DNA from: Pelagomonas calceolata
Lineage: Eukaryota
Length of the DNA: 64,000 nucleotides
Direction: 5' to 3'
NCBI GenBank assembly: GCA_918797485.1
Contig: CAKKNE010000006.1
Span: 682,001 to 746,000 of the forward strand
Part shown: positions 22,178-34,665 of the stretch, piece by piece
How positions within the stretch are numbered: the first letter of the stretch is position 1
How the letters are laid out: each line of letters starts with the position of its first letter
The notes under the pieces: generated by a model
The model's input: the letters and a program-made list of their open reading frames with translations, nothing else
What the model was told of the DNA's origin: nothing
The model's database searches: none
Program-made: the position numbers and the translations under genes

Positions 22178-24516
22178 CTACTCGGGACTGGGACAGAACA
22201 GCTGACTCTCCTTCCGCGCCGTCCATTGAACACCATTCGCGTTGAGCACGCCGCGGACGTCGCGCAGGCCGTGCGCCGCGACGGTCTTGCCGTCCGAGCC
22301 GCACACGTAGTCGTCTCGCACGGCCAACAACGTCAGCGCCGACTGGTCCTGGCGCGCGTTGCCCCTATGTGAGCCTTGGGGGCAGACGCAGGCCCGATCG
22401 AGCGAACAGGCGACCCAGGGCTTCGTTATTGAGTCATATCGCCTTGACCCTTTCATGTGGGCGCTGAACGCACCATTGCAGTTCCGGAATTTCGAGAACG
22501 GCTCGCCGAGGCGGTCGTTGTTATCTAAATAACCTTCGCCCTGTTCCCTAAGTTCCTTGACCTTCGCCGCGAAAGCGTCGGAGAGGCCCCACCTCGCGAC
22601 GCCATAGTCCAGCTGCTTCTCATGACTAAAGCGCGCCAAACCCTTGGCCGTCTCGTCACTCAAAAAGCCCCCATTCTTTTTCGTCAGTGCAATAATTTTT
22701 GTCAGACTCATCACGACGGTCGCACCGCTGTCAACCCACATCACCACGGTGTTCTCAGAACTCTCCTGGAGCACCTCATCGATGATGGGCGGCTTCCAGG
22801 CGTAGCAATGTAAGTTCGCGACATGACTAGGATATCTGTCAAAATTGAACTCGCGATACTCGATCCCGAACCTCGCCCAAATACTGGGAAGGGACCCGTC
22901 TCCACATTTACTCTCGCCACCGAGATTGTATGATACGATCCGGACGTTCAGGCCCTCCTTCGTCGCGCGTTCCCGCATCTGCACGAGCACCGCCAAATCC
23001 CTTGCTCTGTATCGGTCGTTCGCCGCGGAGACGATCGTCAGGTCCGGCGCTCGTGTCGGGGCCTGCGAGGGCGCGGCCGGGTCGCGGCGCGGCGCGGACG
23101 ACCCCTCGTGGACCGACGTGGCGAGCGAGACGAGCGCGACCTTGTCCCTATCTTCCCGATGGGTCCCCGTGTCGCGCGCGGATACGGACGCGGGAAGGCA
23201 CCTCGCGTCGATGGCGCGGCGGCCGACGCTCACATTCGACGCCGCGCCCGCACGGCCGCCGCCGGCGCCGCCGGAGCCCCCACGGGCTTCGCGTACAGCT
23301 TCTCCCAGTAGTCGAAGTAGCTTCCAGGTTTCACATGAGGCTCCCAGATGCTTTGCGCGTCGCCGCCGCCATGCGGCCCGCCGGCGCCGCCGTGCCAGTG
23401 GATGCCGAAAGCTCCCTCGTACCAGTCGCCGTACTGCGCATGCATCGACTGGAACAGCCAGTTTCTGTTCGGGGGCTCGGGCCACTTTATGGAGGGTCTT
23501 GTCATTTCTCCGGTATGATGTCCATCCATCCTCAGCCAGAAGGGGTCCCAAGAAGAACAAGGTAGCGCATACGTCGCCGTCCCGCTCATACGCATGATCT
23601 TCGCGGACCAGATCGCGTTGCCCCAGCCCTTGCAGCACCCTTTGCCTTGCAACTTGCCCCCGTGTTGCACAATCTTCATGCCGTGCCGCTTCCTCAACCC
23701 TTGGACCGCGTTGTTGAACTTAGATTGATCAAAAGACCATTGATAAACAAAATGCATGCCGTACAGCGGCCACATGTCCCTCAGCAGCACTTGGTCCGCG
23801 TCGAAATAAACCCCGCCGTACAAGTACAAGATGAACAACTGGAAGAAGTCACTGAAGTGTCTGGTGCCTTCTTTTTTGTCCCCCGGTCTATCGGTCGACC
23901 AGTCGTGGGGCAAAATGGCTCTATTGACATAATCTTCAAAGGGCGTGCCGTGGGCTAACTCTTTGGTTTGTAGGACCTGGAAGACGACGGGCGCGCCGTC
24001 CATCTTCTCTACTTCTTCTACTAATGCCCTACCTCTCTCGTTGGCTCTTTCCGAACCCTGAGTAGGGGTCCAGACCACCAATTTCGCGCAGGTCGGGTTC
24101 TGGGTCGCCCGAAAACTCCGCAAGAATAAAGCCACGACCCGCACCATAGGACCGTCCCACCACGTGTGTGCTAGAAAGGCCGTCTTGTCGCATGTGATTT
24201 GACGCGCTTCGGCATCATCTATTGCTTTGCGCTTCCGCAGCGCCTCGAAGCATCTCGAAGCGTTCGACCGCAGCTGCAACGCTCGATCGTACTTCCGCTC
24301 GGATTCCGCACAGGCCGGGTCGAAGATCGATGCAGGGGGTTGGTGGCCGCCCGGCATCGCGAGACTCGCGTAGCGGTCGTTCGCCGCCTTCGGCGTGGGA
24401 CAGGGCGTCAATGGATCGTCGTCCCAGCACGTGTTGTCGAACTGCGGCAGGCTCGCGTTGAGCGCCGTCGCATGTGTTAATGCCGCGGCGAGCGCGAGCC
24501 GCATTGCCATCATCAT
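22178..24516 (-). CDS. Secreted/Golgi tandem glycosyltransferase-like protein (GT32-like DxD domain + DUF1647-like domain), 2 exons (intron 23063-23253)
   Basis: Signal peptide MRLALAAALTHATA; SDFFQLFILYLYGGVYFDAD (GT32-like); second domain YNLG...FNFDRYPSHV...YAWKP...WVDSG...RQDQSAL. A phase-0 GT-AG intron joins the two ORFs. Confidence 0.7.
23063..23253 (-). mobile_element. Introner-like intron (191 bp)
   Basis: GTGCGGGCG-CGGCGT start, CGCCATCGACGCG core (23204-23216), ends CCCTCGCAG; joins the reading frames exactly. Confidence 0.65.
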
Positions 24517-24870
24517 GCCTGGACAGGTGTGGCCGCGTCGTCGGCGTCTGACGGGCCGCGTCGCGACCGGGATGGGGCAGCCCCTGTGGAAGCCTACCCC
24601 AGGTAGCCGCGCAAAGCGCGATGCAATCGATGCCAGCGGGCCTCGCGCCGATACCACGCCGTCGCGGCAGGCGGCCCTCGAGCTCTTGGGGCTGCAGCGC
24701 GTCCAGGATGTCCAAAATTTCATTGCCAACGTGCGGGTCGCGAAAAAATCAGCCGGCATTTGCGAGGCGCAATTGCACTGCATTCACGCACGCCTCGCCA
24801 CAGCAAGAAGTAATGCATTAAATCTACAGTAGTCATCGGCGGGGCAGCCCTCGCGGCGAAAAAGGCAGCA

Positions 24871-26802
24871 ATGCTGCGGGTCTGCACCATCCTCACACTG
24901 CTGCGGGCCGCCGCCGGCGACCCCACGTCCGAAGCGGAGGCGCAGGCCCTCGTGAAGCTCACGCACTTGTTTAAGAAAGACCCCGCCGCCGCGGAGCAGC
25001 TGGTGCAGGCGGCCAAGCGTAGCGCGCCGGCGCCGGCCTCACCGACACCATACGAGGAACTGCTGGCTTCGGTCAAGAGTACCGCGGCGTCCCCACCACC
25101 GCCGGCGGCGCAACCGGGAGCCTTCACCTGGGCCACGGCGCAACAAAATATGAGAAGCTGCATGAACGGGACGACTCCAGTACCGAGACAGGACCGCTAC
25201 GCCTACTGGCGGAGCACGTCGGCTCTGGGGAATGCCCTGAACGGCTGGATGCACGTCTTCTTGTATGCGCTAGCTTCGGGCCGGCAGCTCGTGGCGGGCG
25301 ACGGTTTGGCCGTCGAGCTTTTGTGCGGCACACACGGCGCGTTCATTTGTGGAATACCGTACCGAAGCAGGTCCTGGCTCAAGCAGCAGTCGTCGCGCGG
25401 CGTCGACGCGGGCTGGACGGACTCCGACCACGCCGTCCATACCGCCGACCTCATGTGGTTTAAATATTCTGGTGTTTCTACGGCTATCATGAGGGGCGCG
25501 CAGGGCGTCAAATCCCGGAGGAGGTGGCTTCTAAGGTGCTACGCCGAGGCTTTACGATGCCCAGAAGGTGGGGAGCGCTTGTCTGGTGGCCGGGAGGAGT
25601 GTTTGATGGCGCGCGCGATGCAGTTACTCTTGCCCGGGAGTCGCCTAAGGCCGGAGTTCGTCCATGCTGCGTTAGTGGAAGCTAAAAGAAGGTGGCTCGG
25701 TTCCATTGAAGAGTTCGAGCGAGTCGTAGCGACGAGACGAGATGTGATCGGCGACCACATTTTTTACGACCCACCCTTGCAAGGTGACGCCACGACGAGG
25801 TGGGAGGGCGCGCTGCACGTGCGAGGCATGCCCAACGCGTTGGAAGGAGGCCACGACGGCGGCACCTTCCGGCAGTTCCACGCGAACCTCGCGAACGGCT
25901 CGGCGTCGAACACGTGGCCCTGCGTCGCGCAGCGGGCGCGGGCCTTCGACAAGCAACATACCATACAGGATGCGCCGCGGTCGTTTTACCTCGCGACGGA
26001 CATGAAAGGACTATGTCGCGACGCGAAGCGCGCCCTGGAACGGCACGACTCGTCGCTGACGATCGTTTGTTTAGATGCAGCTCCGGTCCACCTGACGAAG
26101 TCGAAACACGCGCCCGTGTCCGTCGATTCCGACGACGGGTTGGACGGGCACCAGGCCGTGGTGCTGGACTGGTACCTGTTGACGCGGTCGCGGTGGCTGG
26201 CGCCCATCGTCCGGAAAGGTACAAGGTGCCACGGGCCGGGGCGGGGGGCCTCTACGACGGGCCGCCTCTACGACGTGGGCCAGCCCGGCCAAAGTTTTTT
26301 CGGGTGGGCCTTGGCGGCGGCGGGGCTCGGACCGGCGCCGCCCAAACAATTGCCGTGCAACTGCGGTCTTGATAGGAGGCGCGTGTCCGTGTTTGGGCGG
26401 CCGCGCTGGACGCCCGTGCCGGTGGCGGGCTCCGATGCTCCGGCCGCGACCGCCGCGTCAGTGAACGCGGGAACTCCGGCAGGCAACGCCATCGACGGCG
26501 CCATCGGCCAGGCCCTCGTCGCCGGCGCCGACGCGGTGACGGACCGCGCCGTCGACGCGGCCCTGCGCGAGGGGGCGGCGGCCGCGAAGAGCGTGCGCGA
26601 GGCGGGGCAGGCGGCCTGGCAGCAGGTGCCCGTGGGGCCGGCTCCGGACATCGACCTCGCGAGGGTCGTGGAGCGCATGGCCGCCGACGGGTTTGTGAAG
26701 TACCGCGACGGGGAAGGCTCGTACTACTCGAAGCCCGGCGATGCGACGCAGTACCGGTCGCGGGCGGAGGTCGCGCGGCGCTTCTATCTCGATGGAGAGT
26801 GA
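24871..26802 (+). CDS. Putative secreted fucosyltransferase-like (GT-B) protein with C-terminal MBD-like motif
   Basis: Signal peptide; ALGNAL...YALASGRQL, ALHVR, FYLATD, AVVLDWYLLTRS resemble fucosyltransferase motifs. Confidence 0.6.
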   Translation: MLRVCTILTLLRAAAGDPTSEAEAQALVKLTHLFKKDPAAAEQLVQAAKRSAPAPASPTPYEELLASVKSTAASPPPPAAQPGAFTWATAQQNMRSCMNGTTPVPRQDRYAYWRSTSALGNALNGWMHVFLYALASGRQLVAGDGLAVELLCGTHGAFICGIPYRSRSWLKQQSSRGVDAGWTDSDHAVHTADLMWFKYSGVSTAIMRGAQGVKSRRRWLLRCYAEALRCPEGGERLSGGREECLMARAMQLLLPGSRLRPEFVHAALVEAKRRWLGSIEEFERVVATRRDVIGDHIFYDPPLQGDATTRWEGALHVRGMPNALEGGHDGGTFRQFHANLANGSASNTWPCVAQRARAFDKQHTIQDAPRSFYLATDMKGLCRDAKRALERHDSSLTIVCLDAAPVHLTKSKHAPVSVDSDDGLDGHQAVVLDWYLLTRSRWLAPIVRKGTRCHGPGRGASTTGRLYDVGQPGQSFFGWALAAAGLGPAPPKQLPCNCGLDRRRVSVFGRPRWTPVPVAGSDAPAATAASVNAGTPAGNAIDGAIGQALVAGADAVTDRAVDAALREGAAAAKSVREAGQAAWQQVPVGPAPDIDLARVVERMAADGFVKYRDGEGSYYSKPGDATQYRSRAEVARRFYLDGE

Positions 26803-26816
26803 ATAATTTGTAAACA

Positions 26817-27581
26817 TTATGACACAGCACAAGTGCGCTTCTCCGGGGGCGGCGGCGGAGCGATCTTCCCCCGCATCATGGCGCGCTCGCCGGAGCGTGC
26901 GTCGCGCCGCGCCTGCCGCAGGGCGTGCCGCGCCCGGGCCACGGCGGCGTCGTCCGTCAGTTCCGAGGCCTCGTCGAGCGCCGCCGCGGCGTCGGCGTAG
27001 CGCCCGGCCTCGCGGAGGCACGTCGCCCGCAACAAAAGCCCCTTGGCGCGCCAGGCCCGGCGCTGCTCCGTTGTTGAAACATCGTCGAGGGCACTCAGCG
27101 CGGCGTCGACGTGGCCCTTCGCCTCGGAGGTGTTGGCCGTCTTCAGCAGACACCGCGCGCAGTTCAAGTTCGCTGGCACCGTCACGTCGAAGAGCTGGCC
27201 CCGGTGGTCGTCCGTCAGCTCGAGCTTGACCCAGGCCTCGTCGAAGTGCGCCTGCCACAGACTCCGCGCGTACGCGACGCGCGCCCCGTCAACGTCGTCT
27301 CCCCGATACCGCTCGTTGCCCAACTCCCGCAGCGCCGCCGAGGCGGCGAGCCGCGTCTCGAAGACGGCGCCCCGCGGCGCGGAAAGTCGCTGGTCGTCAC
27401 TATAGGACGTCCAGTCGCCGGGGTGGGGTTGGAGCGCGTCGTCGGTCGCGGCTTTTTGGGGGTCCGGTTCGGGCGGGAAGAGGAGGTCGTCGTCGTTCGA
27501 CGCCATCGATGCGTCGGCGTCGCTCGACGCCATCGATGCGGGCCCGGCGTCGTTCGACGCCATCGATGCCATCGATGCCAT
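26817..27581 (-). CDS. TPR-repeat protein (immunophilin-type TPRs)
   Basis: LRELGNERYR, ANLNCARCLLK, AKGLLLRA; N-terminal MAS repeats. Confidence 0.8.
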   Translation of the reverse strand: MASMASMASNDAGPASMASSDADASMASNDDDLLFPPEPDPQKAATDDALQPHPGDWTSYSDDQRLSAPRGAVFETRLAASAALRELGNERYRGDDVDGARVAYARSLWQAHFDEAWVKLELTDDHRGQLFDVTVPANLNCARCLLKTANTSEAKGHVDAALSALDDVSTTEQRRAWRAKGLLLRATCLREAGRYADAAAALDEASELTDDAAVARARHALRQARRDARSGERAMMRGKIAPPPPPEKRTCAVS

Positions 27582-27780
27582 CGATGCGGGCCTCGCGAAG
27601 AGGTGCTGCTAAGCTGGCAGCAGGTTGTGGGTGGGCTACAAACTCGTACGCGTCGCAGGCGTGGCCTACGCTTTGTGCAGCGCCGCAGCAATCAAACGAG
27701 AGCGCGTGGCGCGATTTTCACGCCAATTTTCACGCCAAACGCACCGCGGCGTCCACTCTTGTCGAGGTTGCTGCCACAGG

Positions 27781-27802
27781 CTAGTGCCTTACAGACCGCT
27801 AG
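27781..27802. promoter_or_regulatory. Recurrent promoter element (reverse orientation)
   Basis: CTAGTGCCTTACAGACCGCTAG between divergent ATGs 27581 and 27949. Confidence 0.72.
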
Positions 27803-27948
27803 CAAGCTGCAACCAGGCAAAAAAGGGCCAGAGCTGCACAAAGAGACCCGCAGGAGAATACGCATCATTGCTGCTGCTGTGCGCATCGGCCGACGTAGAT
27901 CTTTGCACCGCTTGTGACCGGAGAGCGACGCTGCAGCATCACAGAGCG

Positions 27949-28590
27949 ATGGCGTCGCGCCGGCTGCTCTGCCTCGTCGCCCTCTGCACCATCGGGAACG
28001 CGCTGCTGGCGCCCACCGTCCACAGGTGCAGCCTCACAAATTGCCGCGCGAAGAGCGGCGGCTTCGGCGCCACGACGAACAAAGCGCCCTCGAAAAAAAC
28101 AAAAGCGAAAGCCTTCACGAAGAAGCAGGCCCAGCTCGAGGCCGACCGTATTGAGAAGGCGCCCGCGCGCTGCCCCTGCCACCCGGGCCTGGAGTATCAA
28201 AAATGCTGCGCGCCCTGCCATGCGAAGACGACCACGGCGGCGACGCCCGAAGCGCTACTACGGAGCCGCTACGCGGCGTTCAGCCTGGAATTGCCGTCGT
28301 ACCTCGCGGCGACGACGCACCCGCTCCACGACGACTTCGACAAAGATACGGTGGCCTGGGTGCAGCGCCTCGCCAAGGGCCTCGACGCGTCGTACTTCGA
28401 GGGTCTGCGGGTGTTGGCCCAGGAATCGCTGGGGGAAAATGAGCACGAGATCACGTTCGAGGCCGACGTCCGGCCAAAGGACTCGCCCGAGGGCGCCGGC
28501 GTCACGCTCCACGAGCGGTCCCGGTTCATGAGGGAGGACGGCGTCTGGTTTTATAGAGAGGGCCTCGACGTGTCGAGTAAGAAGAGGTAG
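27949..28590 (+). CDS. SEC-C motif / YchJ (UPF0225) protein, probably plastid-targeted
   Basis: CPCHPGLEYQKCCAPCH, TPEALLRSRYAAF, LHERSRF..W.Y; bipartite-like leader. Confidence 0.88.
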   Translation: MASRRLLCLVALCTIGNALLAPTVHRCSLTNCRAKSGGFGATTNKAPSKKTKAKAFTKKQAQLEADRIEKAPARCPCHPGLEYQKCCAPCHAKTTTAATPEALLRSRYAAFSLELPSYLAATTHPLHDDFDKDTVAWVQRLAKGLDASYFEGLRVLAQESLGENEHEITFEADVRPKDSPEGAGVTLHERSRFMREDGVWFYREGLDVSSKKR

Positions 28591-29385
28591 TTACCAGGAG
28601 AAGACGGCGGCCACGAGCTTCTCGCAGCAGTTCCGCGGCTCCGTCGGGTGCCGCAGGCGCGGGTGGAGCATGAGGTTGTCCGGTGTTCGGGACGGCGCCG
28701 CCGGTGCCGCGGGAGCGCCGCCGCCGCCGCCGCGGAAGCCGAAGCGCCGCGCCGCGTCGTCGTCGACGCGAAGCGCGCCGACGACCGTCCTTCCATCGCC
28801 CAAGACGAGCGCCTTCCGCGCCAGGAGCGCCTCGCACTGCCACCGCGACGCAAAGCGCGCGAAAAGCCAGTTCCCGGCGCCGCGCTCGTGCTCGAGGACG
28901 TCGCCGTGCTGCGCTAGAGCTGTCAGGGCGTGCGGCGCGTCGTCGGGCCCGAGCCCAAAAACCAGCACCCAGCAGTCCAGCGCCCCATCGTCCGTAAACC
29001 CGGTACCGGCCGGCTCCGCGCGCGAGAAGAGCGGCGCATCGTCGGGCTCGCAGGCCATCGGGCTCGCGTGCTGCGGTCTGGGGGGAGAAAAGAGGTCCGG
29101 CGGCTGCCGCGGCATCTGCTCGTCCAACAGAGACGCCGTCGGGGGGCCCGGGCTCCGCGTCGCGCGCGGCACGTGGCGCGGCGAGGCCAGGCCGTTGCCC
29201 AGCGGCGTCGCCTCGGCCCCCCGCCGCCGCCGCGGCTCGCCGAAGCCCTGCTGGCCGAAGCTCGACGGCGGCGGCGAGGCGTACGCGCCAAAGGGGCTCT
29301 GGCGGCTGTCCGGCGGGTTCGAGCCGGACCGCTCGCGCGCCGTGCCGAGCGCCGGCGACGCGAAGAGGCTGGGGGCGAGAGACAT
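28591..29385 (-). CDS. NUP35: Nucleoporin Nup35/Nup53 (RRM)
   Basis: PPTASLLD, WVLVFG, GNWLFARF motifs; C-terminal amphipathic KLVAAVFSW. Confidence 0.85.
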   Translation of the reverse strand: MSLAPSLFASPALGTARERSGSNPPDSRQSPFGAYASPPPSSFGQQGFGEPRRRRGAEATPLGNGLASPRHVPRATRSPGPPTASLLDEQMPRQPPDLFSPPRPQHASPMACEPDDAPLFSRAEPAGTGFTDDGALDCWVLVFGLGPDDAPHALTALAQHGDVLEHERGAGNWLFARFASRWQCEALLARKALVLGDGRTVVGALRVDDDAARRFGFRGGGGGAPAAPAAPSRTPDNLMLHPRLRHPTEPRNCCEKLVAAVFSW

Positions 29386-29520
29386 GTGGCTGGCTTCTGG
29401 CGCTGCTTGCCTGGTTGGTGTGTTTTGCAGCGTTTGTGAGTAGTTTGCAAAGCTAGTGTCTTTAATCTAGCTCGCCGCGCACCGGACCATTCCAAAAACA
29501 CAAAAAACACGTTAGAAGGG

Positions 29521-30066
29521 CTACCCAGCGCCGCGCCCGGCGGCGACCAGCTCCGCCGCGAGGTCGACGCGCGGGCACTCGAAGGCGCGCGTCCCGAAGG
29601 CCAAGGCGTCGCCGACGGCCGCATGCCGCTGGCGCTCGACGAGCGCGTTCAGCGCGGCCGCGTCCGCTTCGAGTTCACTTCGCGAGGCGCCCGCCCGGAT
29701 GCGCGCCCGCAGCGCGGCGAGGCCCTCGTCGACGCGCCGCCGCAAGTCGATCGAGGGCGGCGCGACGTTTTGGGCGGCCAGCACGCCCGCCATCTCCGCG
29801 CCCGCGCGCTGCGCGGGGCCCAGCGCCGCCGAGCGGTGCGGCTGCGCTTTGAGCTTTTTGCCGCTCCCGTCGAGCTTGTCAAAAACGCCGCGCCGCGCCG
29901 CGTCGGCGATTTTGCGGTCGGCAATTATGGTCGATGGATCCGTCTCCCCGACGACCGCCGCGTCGCTGCCGCGTACCAGCGCCGCGTCCTCGTAGAGCGC
30001 GCGCAGCCGCGTCCGGCGGCCGTCGTCGGCGAAGCAACGCCGTAGCGGTGCCAAGACGCGACGCAT
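29521..30066 (-). CDS. DUF1992 (DNAJC28 conserved domain) protein, mitochondrial-like leader
   Basis: IADRKIADAARRGVFDKLDGSGKKL ... VLAAQNVAPPSI. Confidence 0.75.
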   Translation of the reverse strand: MRRVLAPLRRCFADDGRRTRLRALYEDAALVRGSDAAVVGETDPSTIIADRKIADAARRGVFDKLDGSGKKLKAQPHRSAALGPAQRAGAEMAGVLAAQNVAPPSIDLRRRVDEGLAALRARIRAGASRSELEADAAALNALVERQRHAAVGDALAFGTRAFECPRVDLAAELVAAGRGAG

Positions 30067-30275
30067 GAGTCTCAGATTGCTGCAAGCAGGTCCGCACGCA
30101 CGAGTACGGTGTGCCGTGCGGGCGACGCGGCGCCGACACTGCAGCACAAGGATTTTGGCTCTCAGCGATGCGCGCGCTTTGAACCCGGATTTTTGGATGG
30201 GTACGTCGATAACGGACCGCAATGCGCGCCCAGGCGAGAAATGCGGCTGCCTGGGCTGGCGCGTTGCGTAACGCG

Positions 30276-30297
30276 CTAGCGGCCTGTAAGACACTAG
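30276..30297. promoter_or_regulatory. Recurrent promoter element
   Basis: CTAGCGGCCTGTAAGACACTAG between divergent ATGs 30066 and 30447. Confidence 0.78.
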
Positions 30298-30446
30298 CCT
30301 CGAGCTGCCCGCCGCCGCGACGACGTGCCGCCTCGCAGCTGTTGCTCGATTTCACGGGCACTTACGATTGCCACAATACGCCGCGTGGATCCTGAGCTCC
30401 CGACCGGCGGCGGCACAGCGCTTTGGGCTGTAACCCCTCACAGGAG

Positions 30447-31832
30447 ATGGAGACATCGAAAACCTGCGCGTATTGCTCCAAGCCCGACGCCCTCAAGATC
30501 TGCGGCCGCTGCCGGAACCAGCCCTACTGCAGCCTCGAATGCCAGCGGAGCGACTGGAGAAGGCACAAGGCGTCGTGCGCGCCGCTCGCGCCACCCCCGC
30601 CGCGACGAACAAACAGGTTACATAAGGACGCCTTCCGGCCCTTTGCGAAGAAGGCCCTCTCCAAAAAGAACAACGCCGGGTGTAGGGTCGGGCTGCGCAA
30701 CGAGGGCAACACCTGCTACCTCACGTGTGTCCTACAATGTTTAACGTATAGTCCTTTAGCTGGCTACTTGCTGGAGCTCGATGTAGACGGCTCCAACAAC
30801 ATGATGGCCGAGCTCCAGAGTCATATCCGCAAGGTCTGGAAGCGCAACGAACTGCTGTCGAGGACGGAGCCGTCGAGAATCGGGTCCGAAGAAGATAGTG
30901 ATGACAGCGCGGAAACGGTACAAGCCTGCAAGACCGAGGACATCGACGTCGCCCGGTCGTTGCTGAAGCGTACCTTACACAATGGGAGGATGCAGGACGC
31001 CCACGAAGCGTTAGTGGACATCCAGGCACAACTCTTAGAGTCTTGCGGTGCAAGTAAATCATTGACAGGCAAAGCACTCGCAGAATGGGAGCGGTCGACC
31101 ATTGTGCATGACGTCTTCGGTTCTGATCTCGAGCAGGCCTGCGTCTGTTCCGCCTGCGGCTTCCGCAGTCCTTCAACACATGTAGAAATGATGTTGATGC
31201 TCAATGCGACCTTAGGACTGCGGGACGAGGACTTCCTGCTGAGCGCCGAGAGTTCGATGGAGAAGCCCTGGGAGTCGCGGTCGGCGACCAGAGAAGCTTT
31301 AAAAAGGGGATCGGGGACCTCGCCGCGCGCGCCGCCGCCGCCGACTACTGTGGAGGAATTATTGAAGTTGTATTTCTCGACCGAAACCATCGACGACTAC
31401 GCCTGCGACGAATGTCATGAAAGATGCCGCTGCGACAAGGTGTCGGGCTTCCGGACGACGCCGAATTGTCTGGCCACATATATAGACAGACAGCCCCAAT
31501 ACAACCAGCTCTTCGGCAAGCTGAACCGCGTCGTGACCTTCTCCGAGACCTTGGATTTGAGGCCTTTCTGCGTGGAGCCGGGCTCCGACGAAATTTACAG
31601 ATTATATGCGGTGGTCTGCCACCTCGACGTCGCGGGCTCGACGTTTTTTGGACATTACGTCTGCTACGTGCGGGACGACCGCGAGCGGTGGTGGCTGTTA
31701 GATGATGAGAGCGTGCGGCCCGTGGGCTGGGACGCCGTGCGCCGCGTGAACCCGTACATGCTCTTCTACGCGCGCGCGCGGCCCCACTTGGTTTTTCGCG
31801 CGGCGCCGGCGCGGCCGCGCGAGGGGGAGTAA
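30447..31832 (+). CDS. MYND-finger ubiquitin-specific protease (C19)
   Basis: CAYC...CGRC...YCSLECQRSDW..HK..C; Cys box GLRNEGNTCY; QDAHE; His box GHYVCYV; YMLFY. Confidence 0.92.
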   Translation: METSKTCAYCSKPDALKICGRCRNQPYCSLECQRSDWRRHKASCAPLAPPPPRRTNRLHKDAFRPFAKKALSKKNNAGCRVGLRNEGNTCYLTCVLQCLTYSPLAGYLLELDVDGSNNMMAELQSHIRKVWKRNELLSRTEPSRIGSEEDSDDSAETVQACKTEDIDVARSLLKRTLHNGRMQDAHEALVDIQAQLLESCGASKSLTGKALAEWERSTIVHDVFGSDLEQACVCSACGFRSPSTHVEMMLMLNATLGLRDEDFLLSAESSMEKPWESRSATREALKRGSGTSPRAPPPPTTVEELLKLYFSTETIDDYACDECHERCRCDKVSGFRTTPNCLATYIDRQPQYNQLFGKLNRVVTFSETLDLRPFCVEPGSDEIYRLYAVVCHLDVAGSTFFGHYVCYVRDDRERWWLLDDESVRPVGWDAVRRVNPYMLFYARARPHLVFRAAPARPREGE

Positions 31833-31854
31833 CCTAGAGGAGTAACCTTTATCC

Positions 31855-34278
<2,424 letters not shown>

Positions 34279-34665
34279 GATGCTCGCCTCGCGGGTGTGG
34301 GAGACGGGCAGCCCTGCTCCAGGTTAGCGCAGGCACCTTGTTGCGGCTCGCTGCGCGACCCGCCACATCCCTAACTCACCGGTATTTGTTACGTGTAGCA
34401 GTTTTATACGGGCTACGGGTCGCTAACTAGACTGCGTGTGCGCATATGTGCATGGGCAAGTGCCCGCGACGCTCACAAACAATACCCTGAGCAATACTAG
34501 AGGACACTTTAATTCAATTTCGCAAAACAATTAGCTAAATAGATTCTTCTTCAGCAACCGAGAGGCTAGGCTCCGCCCACCATGTCAGAAAAAACGAGCG
34601 GCTGCTCCGCGGGCCCGTCGGGACTACTAGTACGAGCAGCAATTCAATAGACAAATATAGTATTA

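Noticed and set aside
27495..27590. Tandem GCCATCGAT units resembling the introner core
   Set aside because: They encode in-frame MAS repeats at the N-terminus of the TPR protein; no TIR, TSD or splice sites.
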